6,417 bases of DNA. Origin: a virus (taxonomy: Duplodnaviria > Heunggongvirae > Uroviricota > Caudoviricetes). Where the stretch lies: IMG/VR virus record IMGVR_UViG_2693429748_000018; one strand, given 5' to 3'. Both the position numbers and the translations under genes were made by a program. Position 1 is the first letter of the stretch, and every line of letters begins with the position of its first letter. The notes under the pieces were generated by a model that was not told the origin of the DNA, made no database searches, and saw only the letters and a program-made list of their open reading frames with translations. Of this stretch, positions 5,679-6,417 are shown in pieces.

Positions 5679-5710
5679 GCCATCAGTACTTAACTGGTGG
5701 CTTTTTTTAT
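5679..5710 (+). terminator. Intrinsic terminator between the esterase gene and the lysis cassette
   Basis: Stem GCCATCAG (5679-5686) / CTGGTGGC (5694-5701), 8 bp including one G-U pair, loop TACTTAA, followed by TTTTTTTATT (5702-5711). Confidence 0.6.
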
Positions 5711-5743
5711 TGTTGTCAGCTTCCGGATAACGGGAGACGGGGT

Positions 5744-5959
5744 ATGTACCAGATGGAAAAAATCACAACAGGTGTGTCATACACCACGTCAGCGGTGGGA
5801 ACGGGCTACTGGTTCCTGCAGTTGCTGGACAGGGTTTCCCCGTCTCAGTGGGCGGCAATAGGCGTGCTGGGGAGTCTGCTGTTTGGGCTGCTGACATATC
5901 TGACTAACCTGTATTTCAAAATCAGAGAGGACCGTCGTAAGGCTGCACGGGGAGAGTAA
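5744..5959 (+). CDS. S: Class II holin (pinholin), S21/EssD-like, 71 aa, with dual-start motif
   Basis: [71 protein letters not shown] is near-identical over most of its length to the phage 21 S / E. coli EssD holin as I recall it. ATG at 5744 is preceded by GGAGACGGGG (Shine-Dalgarno), and Met1 and Met4 (5744 and 5753) form the usual antiholin/holin dual start. The 97-aa track ORF from 5666 is an in-frame upstream extension that crosses the 5679-5710 terminator and lacks a ribosome-binding site. Confidence 0.9.
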   Translation: MYQMEKITTGVSYTTSAVGTGYWFLQLLDRVSPSQWAAIGVLGSLLFGLLTYLTNLYFKIREDRRKAARGE

Positions 5960-5963
5960 TTCA

Positions 5964-6278
5964 ATGACTCAAAACTATGAACTGATTGTGAAAGGGATCC
6001 GCAATTTTGAGAATAAAGTTACGGTAACTTTAGCGTTACGGGACAAAAAACGCTTTGACGGTGAAATTTTTGACCTGGACATCTCGCTGGACCGTGTTGA
6101 AGGTGCCGCGCTGGAGTTTTATGAGGCAGCAGCCAGAAGGAGCATCAGACAGGTCTTCTTGGATGTTGCTGCCGGGTTATGTGAAGGGGACGAGCTGTTG
6201 CCAGAAACGCGCCCCTGTTCAGAGGCGCGGTATACCATAAAAATTAACAGTTCTGATAACTCGATTACGGGTTGTTAG
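5964..6278 (+). CDS. Hypothetical 104-aa protein between holin and endolysin (same position and size as ydfR-like DUF ORFs in E. coli lambdoid prophages)
   Basis: ATG at 5964, 4 nt after the holin stop, with GGGGAGAG (Shine-Dalgarno) 5-12 nt upstream, so it is translationally coupled to S. I recall a roughly 103-aa ORF (ydfR) at this position in the K-12 Qin prophage; its sequence identity is not verified. Confidence 0.65.
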   Translation: MTQNYELIVKGIRNFENKVTVTLALRDKKRFDGEIFDLDISLDRVEGAALEFYEAAARRSIRQVFLDVAAGLCEGDELLPETRPCSEARYTIKINSSDNSITGC

Positions 6279-6333
6279 CTTTTTGCAGTTGGCTTTCCAG
6301 TATCTTTCATTGGTAGCATCCTGATAAATATCC

Positions 6334-6417
6334 ATGAGCGCAAAAATCAAATACGGCCTGTCAGCTGCTGTTCTGGCGCTGATTGCAAAATGGCATCTGA
6401 ATCGATCGCAGTTTGGC
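6334..6417 (+). CDS. R: Probable endolysin (lysozyme R) N-terminus; partial, continues past the right window edge
   Basis: ATG at 6334 and the frame is open for 28 codons to the window end. MSAKIKYGLSAAVLALIA... is a hydrophobic, signal-like N-terminus that I recall from prophage lysozymes of the RrrQ type. Its position directly after the holin and small ORF fits an S-(orf)-R-Rz cassette. No obvious Shine-Dalgarno; identity is tentative. Confidence 0.5.
   Translation, partial: MSAKIKYGLSAAVLALIAKWHLNRSQFG

Noticed and set aside
5666-5743. Upstream extension of the holin ORF (97-aa version starting at 5666)
   Set aside because: The extension crosses the 5679-5710 terminator hairpin and has no ribosome-binding site, whereas ATG 5744 has a Shine-Dalgarno and gives the canonical 71-aa dual-start pinholin.
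6055-6240. 61-aa ORF in an alternative frame
   Set aside because: Fully nested in the 5964-6278 ORF, which has the better ribosome-binding site and coupling to the holin stop.

Overview
This window reads as the late-regulatory and lysis region of a lambdoid prophage from an enterobacterial (E. coli-like) genome, with everything transcribed left to right. In order: the 3' end of a lambda-type Q antiterminator; a lambda-like pR'/qut with a short tR' terminator; a small ORF; tRNA-Ile(CAU) and tRNA-Arg(UCU); about 2.5 kb of cargo at the position where Stx phages carry stxAB; a NanS-p-type sialate O-acetylesterase; an intrinsic terminator; an S21-like pinholin with dual start; a 104-aa ORF; and the start of the endolysin. 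No stx genes are present. The cargo instead holds a weakly supported 117-aa ORF, three tandem diverged copies of a ~215-225 bp structured non-coding module each ending in an intrinsic terminator, truncated copies of the esterase 5' end, and an AT-rich insert carrying a 111-aa minus-strand gene with its own promoter and ribosome-binding site. The most interesting candidates are the tandem module array and the AT-rich antisense gene; neither can be assigned a function from sequence alone. All homology statements are from memory and were not checked against any database.
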